Shown here: positions 19,868-29,120 of the stretch, piece by piece
Layout of the letters: every line of letters begins with the position of its first letter
Position numbering within the stretch: the stretch's first letter is position 1
Source: an uncultured bacterium
GTDB lineage: Bacteria; Krumholzibacteriota; Krumholzibacteriia; LZORAL124-64-63
Reading direction: 5' to 3'
NCBI GenBank assembly: GCA_963732385.1
Contig: CAVSZB010000007.1
Span: 32,001 to 96,000, forward strand
Length of the DNA: 64,000 nucleotides
The notes under the pieces: model-generated
Database searches by the model: none
What the model was told of the DNA's origin: nothing
The model's input: only the letters and a program-made list of their open reading frames with translations
Made by a program: the position numbers and the translations under genes

Positions 19868-20364
19868 CCGGAGGCGGCGCTCCGCTGGCTGACTTCGCCC
19901 CGCATGAGCGGTGGCTGGGCGAGGCGCTGCGCGAGGCGGCGGCCGCCGCCGCTGAGGGGGAGGTGCCGGTCGGCGCCGTGGTCGTGCGCGACGGGTCGAT
20001 CCTCGGCCGTGGCCGCAACCAGGTCGAGACCCTGCGCGATCCGACCGCGCACGCCGAAATCCTCGCGCTCGGAGCGGCCGCCGGAACGCTCGGCGACTGG
20101 CGCCTGGACGGTTGCACCCTTTACGTCACGCTCGAACCGTGCACGATGTGCTGCGGCGCGCTGCTGCTGGCCCGGATCGGCCGGCTGGTGTACGGGGCCA
20201 GCGATCCGCGGGCCGGAGCGGTCTTTTCGACGGCGCGGCTGTTGGTGGGTAATCCGTACCACCTCAATGTGGAGGTGCTCGGCGGGGTGGCGGCAGCGGA
20301 GGCCGCCGAGCAGTTGCGGGACTTCTTCCGTCGTCGGCGGGAGCCGCCTGACGGGCGGTGTTGA
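19864..20364 (+). CDS. tadA: tRNA adenosine(34) deaminase
   Basis: GEVPVGAV, DPTAHAE, YVTLEPCTMC motifs. Confidence 0.95.
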   Translation: MTGGGAPLADFAPHERWLGEALREAAAAAAEGEVPVGAVVVRDGSILGRGRNQVETLRDPTAHAEILALGAAAGTLGDWRLDGCTLYVTLEPCTMCCGALLLARIGRLVYGASDPRAGAVFSTARLLVGNPYHLNVEVLGGVAAAEAAEQLRDFFRRRREPPDGRC

Positions 20365-20389
20365 TTTTCAGGGGGTGCTTTGCTATATT
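20361..20389 (+). promoter_or_regulatory. sigma70 promoter for tRNA cluster 2 / ffs
   Basis: TTGATT (20361-20366)-N17-TATATT (20384-20389) with extended -10 TG. Confidence 0.7.
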
Positions 20390-20414
20390 GCCGCCCCGAA
20401 CAGGCCGATCAGGT

Positions 20415-20502
<88 letters not shown>

Positions 20503-20519
20503 CCTCTTGGAAAAACCGT

Positions 20520-20609
20520 GGAGAGGTGCCGGAGCGGTTGAACGGGGCGGTCTCGAAAACCGTTGAGCACGCAAGTGCTCCCAGGGTTCGAATCCCTGCC
20601 TCTCCGCCA
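20520..20609 (+). tRNA. tRNA-Ser(CGA)
   Basis: Anticodon arm GCGGT-CT-CGA-AA-ACCGT, variable arm GAGCAC-GCAA-GTGCTC, ends GCCA. Confidence 0.96.
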
Positions 20610-20673
20610 GTTTTTCCGGCCCGGCCGGCGGGCCGCCGCAAGGCGCAAGACCGGCGCGACTCGATGTCAGGGT

Positions 20674-20750
20674 GGGGATGTAGCTCAGCTTGGGAGAGCG
20701 CCTCGTTCGCAACGAGGAGGTCGTCGGTTCGAGCCCGATCATCTCCACCA
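20674..20750 (+). tRNA. tRNA-Ala(CGC)
   Basis: G3:U70 pair in acceptor GGGGATG/CATCTCC, anticodon arm CCTCG-TT-CGC-AA-CGAGG. Confidence 0.96.
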
Positions 20751-20787
20751 CCCCGAATCTCGGAGGGAATACCCCCCGCGCGGTGAT

Positions 20788-20885
20788 GGGCCAGGCCCGG
20801 CGCGACGCCGGAGCGCCAACTCCGTCAGGACTGGAAAGTAGCAGCGGTACGCCAACTCTGACGTGTGCGTCGATCAGCCTGGCCC
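20788..20885 (+). ncRNA. ffs: Small signal recognition particle RNA (4.5S)
   Basis: Terminal stem GGGCCAGGC/GCCTGGCCC, helix-8 motif TCAGGACTGGAAAGTAGCAGC, and the usual position upstream of dnaX. Confidence 0.9.
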
Positions 20886-20963
20886 GCCCTTTATCCCGCG
20901 GTCCCGTGACCGCGAGGCGTCTCCAAGGCCCCGCAGCCGGGCGGACGACCAGGCGGTAAGGCG

Positions 20964-22718
20964 ATGTCCTACAACGCGCTGGCCCGCAAGTACCGCCCCT
21001 CCACTTTTGCCGACGTGGTGGGCCAGGGGCATGTGGTGGGGACGCTGCGCGCGGCTCTGCGCAAAGACAAGCTCTCGCACGCCTATCTCTTCTCGGGCCC
21101 GCGCGGCTGCGGCAAGACCACACTTGCCCGTCTGCTGGCCAAGGCGCTCAACTGCACCTCCGGCGCCAAGGACGATCCGTGCGGTGTCTGCGAGACCTGT
21201 CAGGCCATCGCGGCCGGCAGCTACCTCGATGTCCTCGAAATCGATGCGGCCTCGAACACCGGCGTGGACAATATCCGCGACCTGCGCGACATGGCGCAGT
21301 ACACGCCGGTGCGCGGCGGCTACCGTGTGTTCATTATCGACGAAGTGCACATGCTGTCGAAGGGTGCGTTCAACGCCCTCCTCAAGATCCTCGAGGAGCC
21401 GCCGGCGCGGGTGTTCTTCTTCTTCGCCACAACGGAACCGAACAAGATTCCGCGCACGATCCTGTCCCGCTGCCAGCGCTTCGATTTCCGACTGTTGACT
21501 CGAGTCGAGTTGTCGGCCCGAATCGAAAGCGTCGCCGCCGCCGAGGGGGCGCGGATCGAACCGGCGGCGCTGGCCCAGATCGTCTCCCTCGCGGAAGGGA
21601 GCATGCGCGACGCCCTGAGCGTGCTCGATCAACTCGTGGCGGCGTGCGATGGCGCCATCGACGAGAAGCTGGTGATCGATCTCTTCGGACTGGTGCAGGC
21701 CTCCGCCTACACCGAGCTGAACGAAGCGATTCTGGCGCACGATCCGGCGCGGGCGCTCCGGCTGGCCGACCACCTGCTCCGCGAAGGGCAGAGCCTCGAC
21801 GCCTTCGCGCACGGGATCGCCGCCAACTTCCGCAACCTGCTGTTGCTCAGGGTCGATCCGGGGCTGGGTGACGGGCTCGACCTGGCGCCCGAGCAGCGGG
21901 CCACACTGACGCGGCAGGCGGAGTTGTTCAGTGCGCCCGACCTGCTGGCGCTGCTCGATCGCGCGGGCATGCATTACGAACGGATCCATCGCAGCACGCA
22001 GCCGCGTGTCCTGCTTGAGGCGGCGCTGGTGGAGTACGCGCTATTCGAGTCACGGGTGCTGCTGGCCGACCTTGCGCGTCGGCTGGAAGCGCTGGTCGGC
22101 GGGAAGGTTCCGCCCGGCCTGACCGGCATGCCCGCTGGCGGTTCGCGGAGCGGACGCGCCCCGACCCGCCCGGCCGGCGGTTCCGGCGGGCGGCACGCCG
22201 CCGCTCCGGAAGGGACCGCCGCGGACGCTGCGCCGACGCCCCGTACCGGCGCTGCGGAGACGGTGACCGGGTGGTCGGCCTTCGTCGAAACGCTGCTGCG
22301 GACCGAGCCGCGGCTGGGCGCCTGCCTCATGGAGGCGTTGCCGTCGCTCGATGAAGCGCGGGGCCGGCTGGTGCTGGCCTTTCCCGCCGAGAAGGAGTTC
22401 CAGATCGAGCAGGTGCGCCAGGAGTTGCCGGTGCTGCGCGAGCGCGTGGCCGCCTTCTTCGGTCGACCGCTCATTCCCGAACTGCTCGCCGGCGATTCCC
22501 GTCCCGACGGCGGGCTGCGGGAAGCGGTGCGGCGGCGGGTGGCGCCGACCGAGCGCGAGGCGCTCGAGGCGGCCTGCCGCACTGACACCTCCCTGGCCGG
22601 ACTCGTCAACCTGCTTGACGCTGATCCGATTGCCGAAGCCGAACGCGCGGCCTGGACGCGTCGGCCCGCCGCTGCCGAACCGCTCGCCGGCCCGGACGAC
22701 GGCGTCACGGAAGCCTGA
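20964..22718 (+). CDS. dnaX: DNA polymerase III subunit gamma/tau
   Basis: LARKYRP, GPRGCGKTT, EIDAASNTGVD, IIDEVHML, SRC motifs. Confidence 0.98.
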   Translation: MSYNALARKYRPSTFADVVGQGHVVGTLRAALRKDKLSHAYLFSGPRGCGKTTLARLLAKALNCTSGAKDDPCGVCETCQAIAAGSYLDVLEIDAASNTGVDNIRDLRDMAQYTPVRGGYRVFIIDEVHMLSKGAFNALLKILEEPPARVFFFFATTEPNKIPRTILSRCQRFDFRLLTRVELSARIESVAAAEGARIEPAALAQIVSLAEGSMRDALSVLDQLVAACDGAIDEKLVIDLFGLVQASAYTELNEAILAHDPARALRLADHLLREGQSLDAFAHGIAANFRNLLLLRVDPGLGDGLDLAPEQRATLTRQAELFSAPDLLALLDRAGMHYERIHRSTQPRVLLEAALVEYALFESRVLLADLARRLEALVGGKVPPGLTGMPAGGSRSGRAPTRPAGGSGGRHAAAPEGTAADAAPTPRTGAAETVTGWSAFVETLLRTEPRLGACLMEALPSLDEARGRLVLAFPAEKEFQIEQVRQELPVLRERVAAFFGRPLIPELLAGDSRPDGGLREAVRRRVAPTEREALEAACRTDTSLAGLVNLLDADPIAEAERAAWTRRPAAAEPLAGPDDGVTEA

Positions 22719-22751
22719 GTCCCCCGAGTCTTTCCAGCCCCGGAGATTGCC

Positions 22752-23078
22752 ATGGACATGCGTCAGATCATGAAGCAGGCGCAGCAGATGCAACAGCGAA
22801 TGGCCACGTTGCAGGCAGAGCTCGCCGGCCGCGAGGTTACCGCCACGGTGGCTGGCGGGCAGGTCACCGTCGTCATGAATGGCCGTCACGAAGTGACGCG
22901 GATCGCCATCGAAGCGTCGGCTGTCGATCCCCAGGACGTCGAGTTCCTGCAGGATCTGATCGCGTCGGCGGTCAACGAGGCGGTCCGGCAGGTCGATGCG
23001 ATGTCCGAGAAGGAGATGGGCGCTCTCACCGGCGGCCTGGAAATTCCCGGCTTTCCGCCTTCCGGACCGGGGAGGTAG
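22752..23078 (+). CDS. ybaB: YbaB/EbfC nucleoid-associated protein
   Basis: MKQAQQMQ...LQDLIASAVNEA; lies between dnaX and recR. Confidence 0.95.
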   Translation: MDMRQIMKQAQQMQQRMATLQAELAGREVTATVAGGQVTVVMNGRHEVTRIAIEASAVDPQDVEFLQDLIASAVNEAVRQVDAMSEKEMGALTGGLEIPGFPPSGPGR

Positions 23079-23081
23079 GAG

Positions 23082-23729
23082 GTGCACGGAGGCGCGGGGG
23101 GGCCGGCCGGACAGGGACCGCCGTCGGGCGGCGAGTTCCAGTCGCCGGCGTTGGAGCGTCTGGTGCGCCTGCTGAGCCGGTTGCCGGGGCTGGGTCGCAA
23201 GTCGGCCACCCGCATCGCGCTGCATCTGATCTGCGGCGCCCCGGCGGTGGCGGAGGAACTGTCCGTCGCCATCGCCGACGCGCTGCGCCAGGTGTGCCGC
23301 TGTGGGCGCTGCGGTTCCCTCACCGAAGACGATCCGTGCCCCATCTGCCGCTCTGAGCATCGCGATCCGGCGGTGCTGTGCGTGATTTCGACTCCGGTCG
23401 ACATTTTGTCGTTCGAGAAGGCGGGCTTCTATCGCGGTCGCTATTTTGTCCTGGGCGGGCTGCTCTCCCCGCTCGACGGTGTCCGGGCGGAGGATCTGCC
23501 GTTCGAGCGTCTGATGGCCCTCGTGGTCGAGGACGGGGTCCGGGAGGCGATCCTGGCCTTCGATGCGAGCGTGGAGGGTGAGGCGACCGCGCTCTACATC
23601 CAGCGGCTGCTCGAGGGACGGGAAATCCGGCTGACCCGCCTGGCGACCGGGATTCCGGTCGGCGGGGCCCTTGCCTTCACTGACGAGATCACCCTGCAGC
23701 GCGCCTTCCAGTTCCGGCGCGCCTTCTGA
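23082..23729 (+). CDS. recR: Recombination mediator RecR
   Basis: LPGLGRKSATRIA HhH, C4 zinc finger, LSPLDG, EGEATA motifs. Confidence 0.96.
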   Translation: MHGGAGGPAGQGPPSGGEFQSPALERLVRLLSRLPGLGRKSATRIALHLICGAPAVAEELSVAIADALRQVCRCGRCGSLTEDDPCPICRSEHRDPAVLCVISTPVDILSFEKAGFYRGRYFVLGGLLSPLDGVRAEDLPFERLMALVVEDGVREAILAFDASVEGEATALYIQRLLEGREIRLTRLATGIPVGGALAFTDEITLQRAFQFRRAF

Positions 23730-23856
23730 CCCTCCCGTTCGCCGCCGGACCGCGCCCCGAATCGGCGCTCAAGCGGGGCCTGCCGCCGTCGATACCTCTT
23801 CTGGCGGGGTGGGCGCGCCGCGGAAACGCCGCGGACGGCCGCCAGGGAGGCATGTC

Positions 23857-24354
23857 ATGGTCAGAGCGGAGTGGGCGATCTTCGAGGAGGACTACTGGGC
23901 GATGAACAACGCCCTGAAAGACCTCCTGCGCAGTTCCAACTCCACGAGCGCCCTCCTCATCGACCGCACCGGCCAGTTGATCGCGCACTCCGGGGACGAA
24001 CTGCAGTTCGATGTTGTCAGCTTCGCGTCCCTGTGCGCCGCCGATTTCGAGGCGAACTACCAGCTTGCCAAGCTGATCGGCGAGAAGGATTTCAGCACGC
24101 TCTATCACCAGGGATCCAACGAGAGCATGTACCTGAGCAAGATTGCCCGGGACGTGGTGCTCGTGGTGCTGTTCGACAAGCGCACCACGCTCGGCCTGGT
24201 GCGGCTGCGGGTGAAGCGCACGGTGGACGAGTTGTGCACGATCATCAACCAGCTGTTCGAGAAGTTGCAGTACCGGAACGAGGAGTACGACACCTTCGAC
24301 GAGACCTTCGCGCAGGATGTCGAGAGCGAGATCGACAGCCTGTTTGTGGACTGA
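23857..24354 (+). CDS. mglB: Roadblock/LC7 protein MglB (GAP for MglA)
   Basis: LIDRTGQLIA, LAKLIGEKDFSTLYHQG, TTLGLVRLR; RBS GGAGG; acidic C-terminal helix. Confidence 0.9.
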   Translation: MVRAEWAIFEEDYWAMNNALKDLLRSSNSTSALLIDRTGQLIAHSGDELQFDVVSFASLCAADFEANYQLAKLIGEKDFSTLYHQGSNESMYLSKIARDVVLVVLFDKRTTLGLVRLRVKRTVDELCTIINQLFEKLQYRNEEYDTFDETFAQDVESEIDSLFVD

Positions 24355-24390
24355 CGGCCCCCGGCGGGGCTGCGGCGGGGAGAGCGCGAC

Positions 24391-25008
24391 GTGTCCCTGA
24401 TCAACTACGCGTCCCGGGAAATCAATTGCAAGATCGTCTACTACGGGCCGGGGCTCGGCGGTAAGACGACCAATATCCAGTATGTGTACGACAAGGTGGC
24501 GCCCGAAACGAAGGGCAAGCTGGTCACGCTCGCCACCGAGATGGACCGTACGCTCTTCTTCGACTTCCTGCCGCTCGAACTGGGGACTGTCAAGGGGTTC
24601 AAGACCCGCTTCCACCTCTACACCGTGCCGGGCCAGGTATATTACAACGCCAGCCGCAAGCTGATCCTGCGCGGGGTGGACGGTATCGTGTTCGTGGCCG
24701 ATTCCCAGGAGACCCGCTTCGACGCGAACATCGAGGCGCTCTACAACCTGCACGAGAACCTGACTGAGCACCGGCTCGACCTGGCCAAAATTCCGTTCAT
24801 CATGCAGTACAACAAGCGCGACCTGCCCGACGCAGTGCCGTTGGCCGAACTGGAGGAGGAGCTCAACCCGGAGCACTTCCCCTTCTTCGAAGCGGTCGCC
24901 TTCCAGGGGGTCGGTGTCTTCGACACCCTGAAGTCCGTGGCCAAGCAGGTTCTGCGCAATCTGCAGTCGACCGGCGCCGGTGCTCCGACGGCCGGCGCGC
25001 CGCTCTGA
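24391..25008 (+). CDS. mglA: Small Ras-like GTPase MglA
   Basis: [34 protein letters not shown] motifs. Confidence 0.96.
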   Translation: MSLINYASREINCKIVYYGPGLGGKTTNIQYVYDKVAPETKGKLVTLATEMDRTLFFDFLPLELGTVKGFKTRFHLYTVPGQVYYNASRKLILRGVDGIVFVADSQETRFDANIEALYNLHENLTEHRLDLAKIPFIMQYNKRDLPDAVPLAELEEELNPEHFPFFEAVAFQGVGVFDTLKSVAKQVLRNLQSTGAGAPTAGAPL

Positions 25009-25114
25009 GTCTGAGTTTCGCGCCCCACGCCTGTGCCCGGCGGTCGTGCGCCGCGTTGACCCCGTCCCGCTCCTGACCTATCCTGCCCCCGCCGTTTCGA
25101 CGAAAGGAACCCGC

Positions 25115-25606
25115 GTGGGACGTTTTCTGCTTTACCTCTTTGGCACCTTCGGCGGCACCGGCTATGCGCCGATCGCTCCGGCGACAGTCGCCAGCCTCGC
25201 CGTGGCGCTGCTCTGGTGGCTGGCCGGACCGTTGACTCTGCCGGTGCAACTGCTTCTGCTGCTCGTGGTTGTCGTACTAGGCGTGCCGGTCGCGACATGG
25301 CTCGAGACGCGCCATGGGCACGACCCGAAGCTTGTCGTCTGCGACGAGGTGGCCGGCATGCTGGTCACCTATCTCGGCGTGTCGCTGTTCTCCGGTCCGG
25401 TCACGCTGTTGGGCGTCACGACAACGGGACTGCCGGCGTGTCTCGCCGGCTTCCTCTGGTTCCGCGTCTTCGACATCCTCAAGCCGTTCCCGGCGCGCCG
25501 ATTCGAGTCGTTTCCGCGTGGCTGGGGCATCATGGCGGATGATCTGATGGCCGGCATCTACGCGCAGATCGCGCTGCGGCTGACGTTGCTCGGGTTGGGG
25601 TGGTGA
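25115..25606 (+). CDS. pgpA: Phosphatidylglycerophosphatase A
   Basis: GYAPIAPAT, DPKLVVCDEVAG, FRVFDILKPFP, GIMADD. GTG start after AAGGA. Confidence 0.92.
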   Translation: MGRFLLYLFGTFGGTGYAPIAPATVASLAVALLWWLAGPLTLPVQLLLLLVVVVLGVPVATWLETRHGHDPKLVVCDEVAGMLVTYLGVSLFSGPVTLLGVTTTGLPACLAGFLWFRVFDILKPFPARRFESFPRGWGIMADDLMAGIYAQIALRLTLLGLGW

Positions 25607-25610
25607 GCGT

Positions 25611-26921
25611 GTGAGCGGGACGGCTCCCGGCACCCTGCGCGAGGCTTATCTGGTCGCCGTGGGGGACGAGCTGCTGCTTGGGCGCACCGCCGACACGAAC
25701 TCCCAGGAGATTGCCCGCGCCCTGACGGCGCGGGGGCTGAGCGTGCGCGGCACGCTGGTCGTGCCGGACGATGCGACGGCGATCGCGCGCGCACTCGACG
25801 CAACGCCGCCCGGGGCGCTCGTCAGCGTGACCGGCGGGCTCGGCCCGACCCCCGACGATCTCACACGCGAGGCGCTGGCCGCCTGGGGCGGCGCGGCGCT
25901 GGTGGAGGAACCTGCGCTCGCGGCGCGCCTGCGCGAGCGGTGCGCGTCGCACGGCCTGCCGTATCACGAGGGGACGGCGCGTCAGGCGCGCGTGCCGGCC
26001 GGGCTCGGCTGGCTCCCCAACCCGGTCGGTTCCGCGCCCGGCCTGCTGGGGGAACTCCGCGGTCGCACGTTGCTGGTGATCCCCGGCGTGCCGACCGAGA
26101 TGCGCGCCCTGCTCACCGACGCGCTCGCGCATTGGGAGGCGGCCGGACGTCTTCCCGCGCCGCGCCCCGCCGTGTTGTTGCGCACCGCGCAGGTGGGGGA
26201 GGGGACGCTCGCGCGACTCTGCCGCCCGCTGATGGCGGCCCACCCCGGCCTGGTCTGGTCGTGGTGGCTGGTGCGCTGGGGGGTGGACGTGCGGGTGTCT
26301 CTGCCGCCTGGCTGCGACGACACTCGCGCGCTGGCCGCCGCCGGTGACGCGTTGCGTCGGCTCCTGGGCGAGACCCTCTACGACGAAGGGACCCGCGACC
26401 TGCCCGATGTCGTGCGCGAGGCGCTGGCGTCGCGTGGCGCCACGCTGGCCGTCGCCGAGTCGTGCACCGGCGGCGGCCTGGGCGCCGCGCTCACCTCCGT
26501 GGCGGGAGCGTCGGCCGTCTTCCGCGGTGGCGTGATCGCCTACGCCGACGCGGTCAAGACCGCGGAGCTCGGCGTGTCGACCGCCACGCTCGCCGCGCAT
26601 GGCGCCGTCAGCGCCGAAACCGCTCTCGCGATGGCGGCCGGCTGTCGCGCCCGCTTCGCCACCGACTACGCCCTCGCCGTCACCGGTATTGCCGGTCCCG
26701 ACGGCGGCACGCCCGACAAACCGGTCGGCACCGTCTGGATCGCCCTCGACGCCCGCGGCCGGCGCCACGCCCGCCACTACCGGTTCCCCGCCGACCGCCG
26801 CCGCAACCGCCAGCTCGCCGTGAGCGCGGCGCTCGATGCGCTGCGGCGGATCCTCGCTGCCGGGGACGATGCGCGTGAGCCGTGGCACGCGCTCGACAGC
26901 TGGGGCGTCAAGGACCGCTGA
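25611..26921 (+). CDS. cinA: CinA competence/damage-inducible protein (NMN deamidase with N-terminal MoCF-like domain)
   Basis: GDELLLG, GGLGPTPDDLT, AESCTGG, HGAVS, TGIAGPDGG...KPVG. Confidence 0.95.
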   Translation: MSGTAPGTLREAYLVAVGDELLLGRTADTNSQEIARALTARGLSVRGTLVVPDDATAIARALDATPPGALVSVTGGLGPTPDDLTREALAAWGGAALVEEPALAARLRERCASHGLPYHEGTARQARVPAGLGWLPNPVGSAPGLLGELRGRTLLVIPGVPTEMRALLTDALAHWEAAGRLPAPRPAVLLRTAQVGEGTLARLCRPLMAAHPGLVWSWWLVRWGVDVRVSLPPGCDDTRALAAAGDALRRLLGETLYDEGTRDLPDVVREALASRGATLAVAESCTGGGLGAALTSVAGASAVFRGGVIAYADAVKTAELGVSTATLAAHGAVSAETALAMAAGCRARFATDYALAVTGIAGPDGGTPDKPVGTVWIALDARGRRHARHYRFPADRRRNRQLAVSAALDALRRILAAGDDAREPWHALDSWGVKDR

Positions 26922-26974
26922 CGGATCGCGATCTTACCGTGAGGGTTGGCGGCCGGCGTGGCGGCGGGCTCCGG

Positions 26975-28444
26975 CTATGGCCGGTTGATCTGGTAGATGA
27001 TCGTGTTCTGCTTCGGATCGTCGGGGTAGGTGAGCACGTTCACGACGGTCAGGGCGTTCGCCAGGGGAGCGGGTGGAGGTATCACCAGCAGGGGTTTGAG
27101 CGCCGGCACGTGGTGGCGCACCTCGGCCACGTTCACGATGAGGAAATCGGCTCCCGCAGCGCGGGCCGCCGCCACGATCGCCTCCGCCGTGTCCCCCGCC
27201 GGGCAGGGCAGATGGCGGCAGTCGGCCCAGAACGGCAGGAACGGCTTGTAGTCGGCCACCAACGCTTCGCGTCCCACGCGCTCGCGCAGCCAGATGCCGC
27301 CGTCGCGCAGTCCGAAGTACGTTTCGGTGCAGGGCACGATCCAGCGTGCGTCATCGCGCGCGGCCAGGCCGAGGCCGGCCAGCGCCAGCGCGGCCAGCAG
27401 CGGTGCGGCCACGCGGGCGGCCGTGGCGCGGCCGGCGCGCCGGAGAAGATCGCGCGCGAGCCGCAGCAGACGGCGCGCGCCGTGAGCGGCGCCCCACAGG
27501 ACGAAGGGGATGAACGGGACCCAGAAGCGGGGCACCATTGCGAAATCGAAGAGGGGCAGCAGCACGAGCGGCGTCAGACAGAGCAGCCACGCGCGCGGCC
27601 CCGTGACGGCTCCCGCGACGGCCAGCAGGCAGATCGGCAGCCCGACGAGTCCGGCGAGCATCGCCAAAAAAATGACGGTGTTGTGAACGTAGAGACCGGC
27701 CATGCCCCAGCCCGCGTGCATCGCCCAGGCCCGTTCGAGGAAGACGCTCTTGCCGCTCAGGCCCCATTGCCCCGTCTGCGCGTGGATGAACAGAACGTAG
27801 GGCGCCGCGAGCAGGACGAGGCCGGCCCAGAAGGTCCACGGCGGGCGTCGCTCGCGCCGGAGCAGGGCGGCCGAGAACGCGGCGGCCATGACCAGCGCCT
27901 CCGGCCGGATCAGATAGGCAAAGCCGAGCACGAGGCCGGCTGCGAGGCGCCGTCGCGCCGTGAGCAGCAGGCACGCGCCGAGCAAAGCGCACCCGTAGCT
28001 CATCTCGGACATATCGCTCTTGGCGAGGATGAGATTCAGAGGGAGGAAGGTCAGGATCGCGGCGATCGCCAGGCTCCAGCCCCGGCCCAGGTCGCGCCGG
28101 ACGAGCCGGTACGCCAGCCATGGCAGCAGCGTGCCTAACAAGACGTTCGCCGCGAGCGCAGCCCAAATCGGCGCGAAGGGGTCGTCGAGTCCGAGGAGGG
28201 CGAGCGGCGCCGCGATGAGCAGCGGCCAGCCGGGGGGAAAACTGCTGTAGGGCAGGTGCCCGGACCGCACCAGCTCCCGCGCCTGCAGCAGGTAATAGGT
28301 TCCGTCCACGCTCGGCCAGGGGTTCCAGAGCGCCAGTCGCGCCCGGCAGGCCAGCCCGACGATCACCAGCACCAGGATCACCAGCCACAACGGCACGGGG
28401 TTGCGTCCCTCGCTGCGGTCGCCCGTCCTGTGTGTCGTTCCCAT
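26975..28444 (-). CDS. Multi-pass GT-C (ArnT/PMT-like) glycosyltransferase
   Basis: First-loop motif SVDGTYY, PPGWPLL, SEMSY, IRPE, and about 10 hydrophobic helices. Confidence 0.65.
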   Translation of the reverse strand: MGTTHRTGDRSEGRNPVPLWLVILVLVIVGLACRARLALWNPWPSVDGTYYLLQARELVRSGHLPYSSFPPGWPLLIAAPLALLGLDDPFAPIWAALAANVLLGTLLPWLAYRLVRRDLGRGWSLAIAAILTFLPLNLILAKSDMSEMSYGCALLGACLLLTARRRLAAGLVLGFAYLIRPEALVMAAAFSAALLRRERRPPWTFWAGLVLLAAPYVLFIHAQTGQWGLSGKSVFLERAWAMHAGWGMAGLYVHNTVIFLAMLAGLVGLPICLLAVAGAVTGPRAWLLCLTPLVLLPLFDFAMVPRFWVPFIPFVLWGAAHGARRLLRLARDLLRRAGRATAARVAAPLLAALALAGLGLAARDDARWIVPCTETYFGLRDGGIWLRERVGREALVADYKPFLPFWADCRHLPCPAGDTAEAIVAAARAAGADFLIVNVAEVRHHVPALKPLLVIPPPAPLANALTVVNVLTYPDDPKQNTIIYQINRP

Positions 28445-28575
28445 GCTCCCCCTTCGCCCGGGGCGATTGTAGACCGGGCGCCGCGAAGAGTCGTATTGAA
28501 ATCCACGGGCGGCGGGGCGATCGTGCAGGTCAGTCGGCCCGCCTGCCGGCCGTGAATTCAACTCCGGAGGTCGCC

Positions 28576-29094
28576 ATGCGAAGAATCGAACCGGCGGACC
28601 TGGACCTGAGGCCGTTCCACCTCCTCGATCGGGAGTGGGCGCTGCTGGTGGGCGGTGGTGCGCGGCCCAACCCGATGACCGTGTCCTGGGGCGGGCTGGG
28701 CACGCTGTGGCGGAAGCCGGTGGCGACGGTGTACGTGCGCCCGACGCGCCACACCTGGGAGCTATTGAACGGGCACCCGGAGTTCACGCTCAACTTCCTG
28801 CCGCCGGAGATGAAGCCGGCGCTGGACCTGTGCGGATCACGCTCGGGTCGCGACCTCGACAAGTGGCTCGCCGCGGGGCTGAGTCCCGAACCGTCGGCGG
28901 CGGTGTCGGTGCCGCGGGTCGCGGGGTCGATTCTCAGCCTGGAGTGCCGGGTGCTGGCGACGCTCGACTTCGATCCGGCGCGTTTCCTCGACCCAGGGAT
29001 CGCGGGGCTGTACCCCGCGCAGGACTACCACCGGCTGTTCTTCGGCGAAGTGCTGGCGGCGTGGCGCGCCGGCGCAGCGGTCCAGCCGACCTGA
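28576..29094 (+). CDS. Flavin reductase-like (flavoredoxin) protein
   Basis: NPMTVSWG, VRPTRHT, CGSRSGRDLDK, LECR, YHRLFFGEV; RBS GGAGG. Confidence 0.9.
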   Translation: MRRIEPADLDLRPFHLLDREWALLVGGGARPNPMTVSWGGLGTLWRKPVATVYVRPTRHTWELLNGHPEFTLNFLPPEMKPALDLCGSRSGRDLDKWLAAGLSPEPSAAVSVPRVAGSILSLECRVLATLDFDPARFLDPGIAGLYPAQDYHRLFFGEVLAAWRAGAAVQPT

Positions 29095-29120
29095 TCCTCT
29101 GCTCGTCCTGACGGAGCGAC

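Noticed and set aside
20964..22718. Programmed frameshift or slippage site producing DnaX gamma
   Set aside because: No A-AAA-AAG heptamer or long A/T run was seen.
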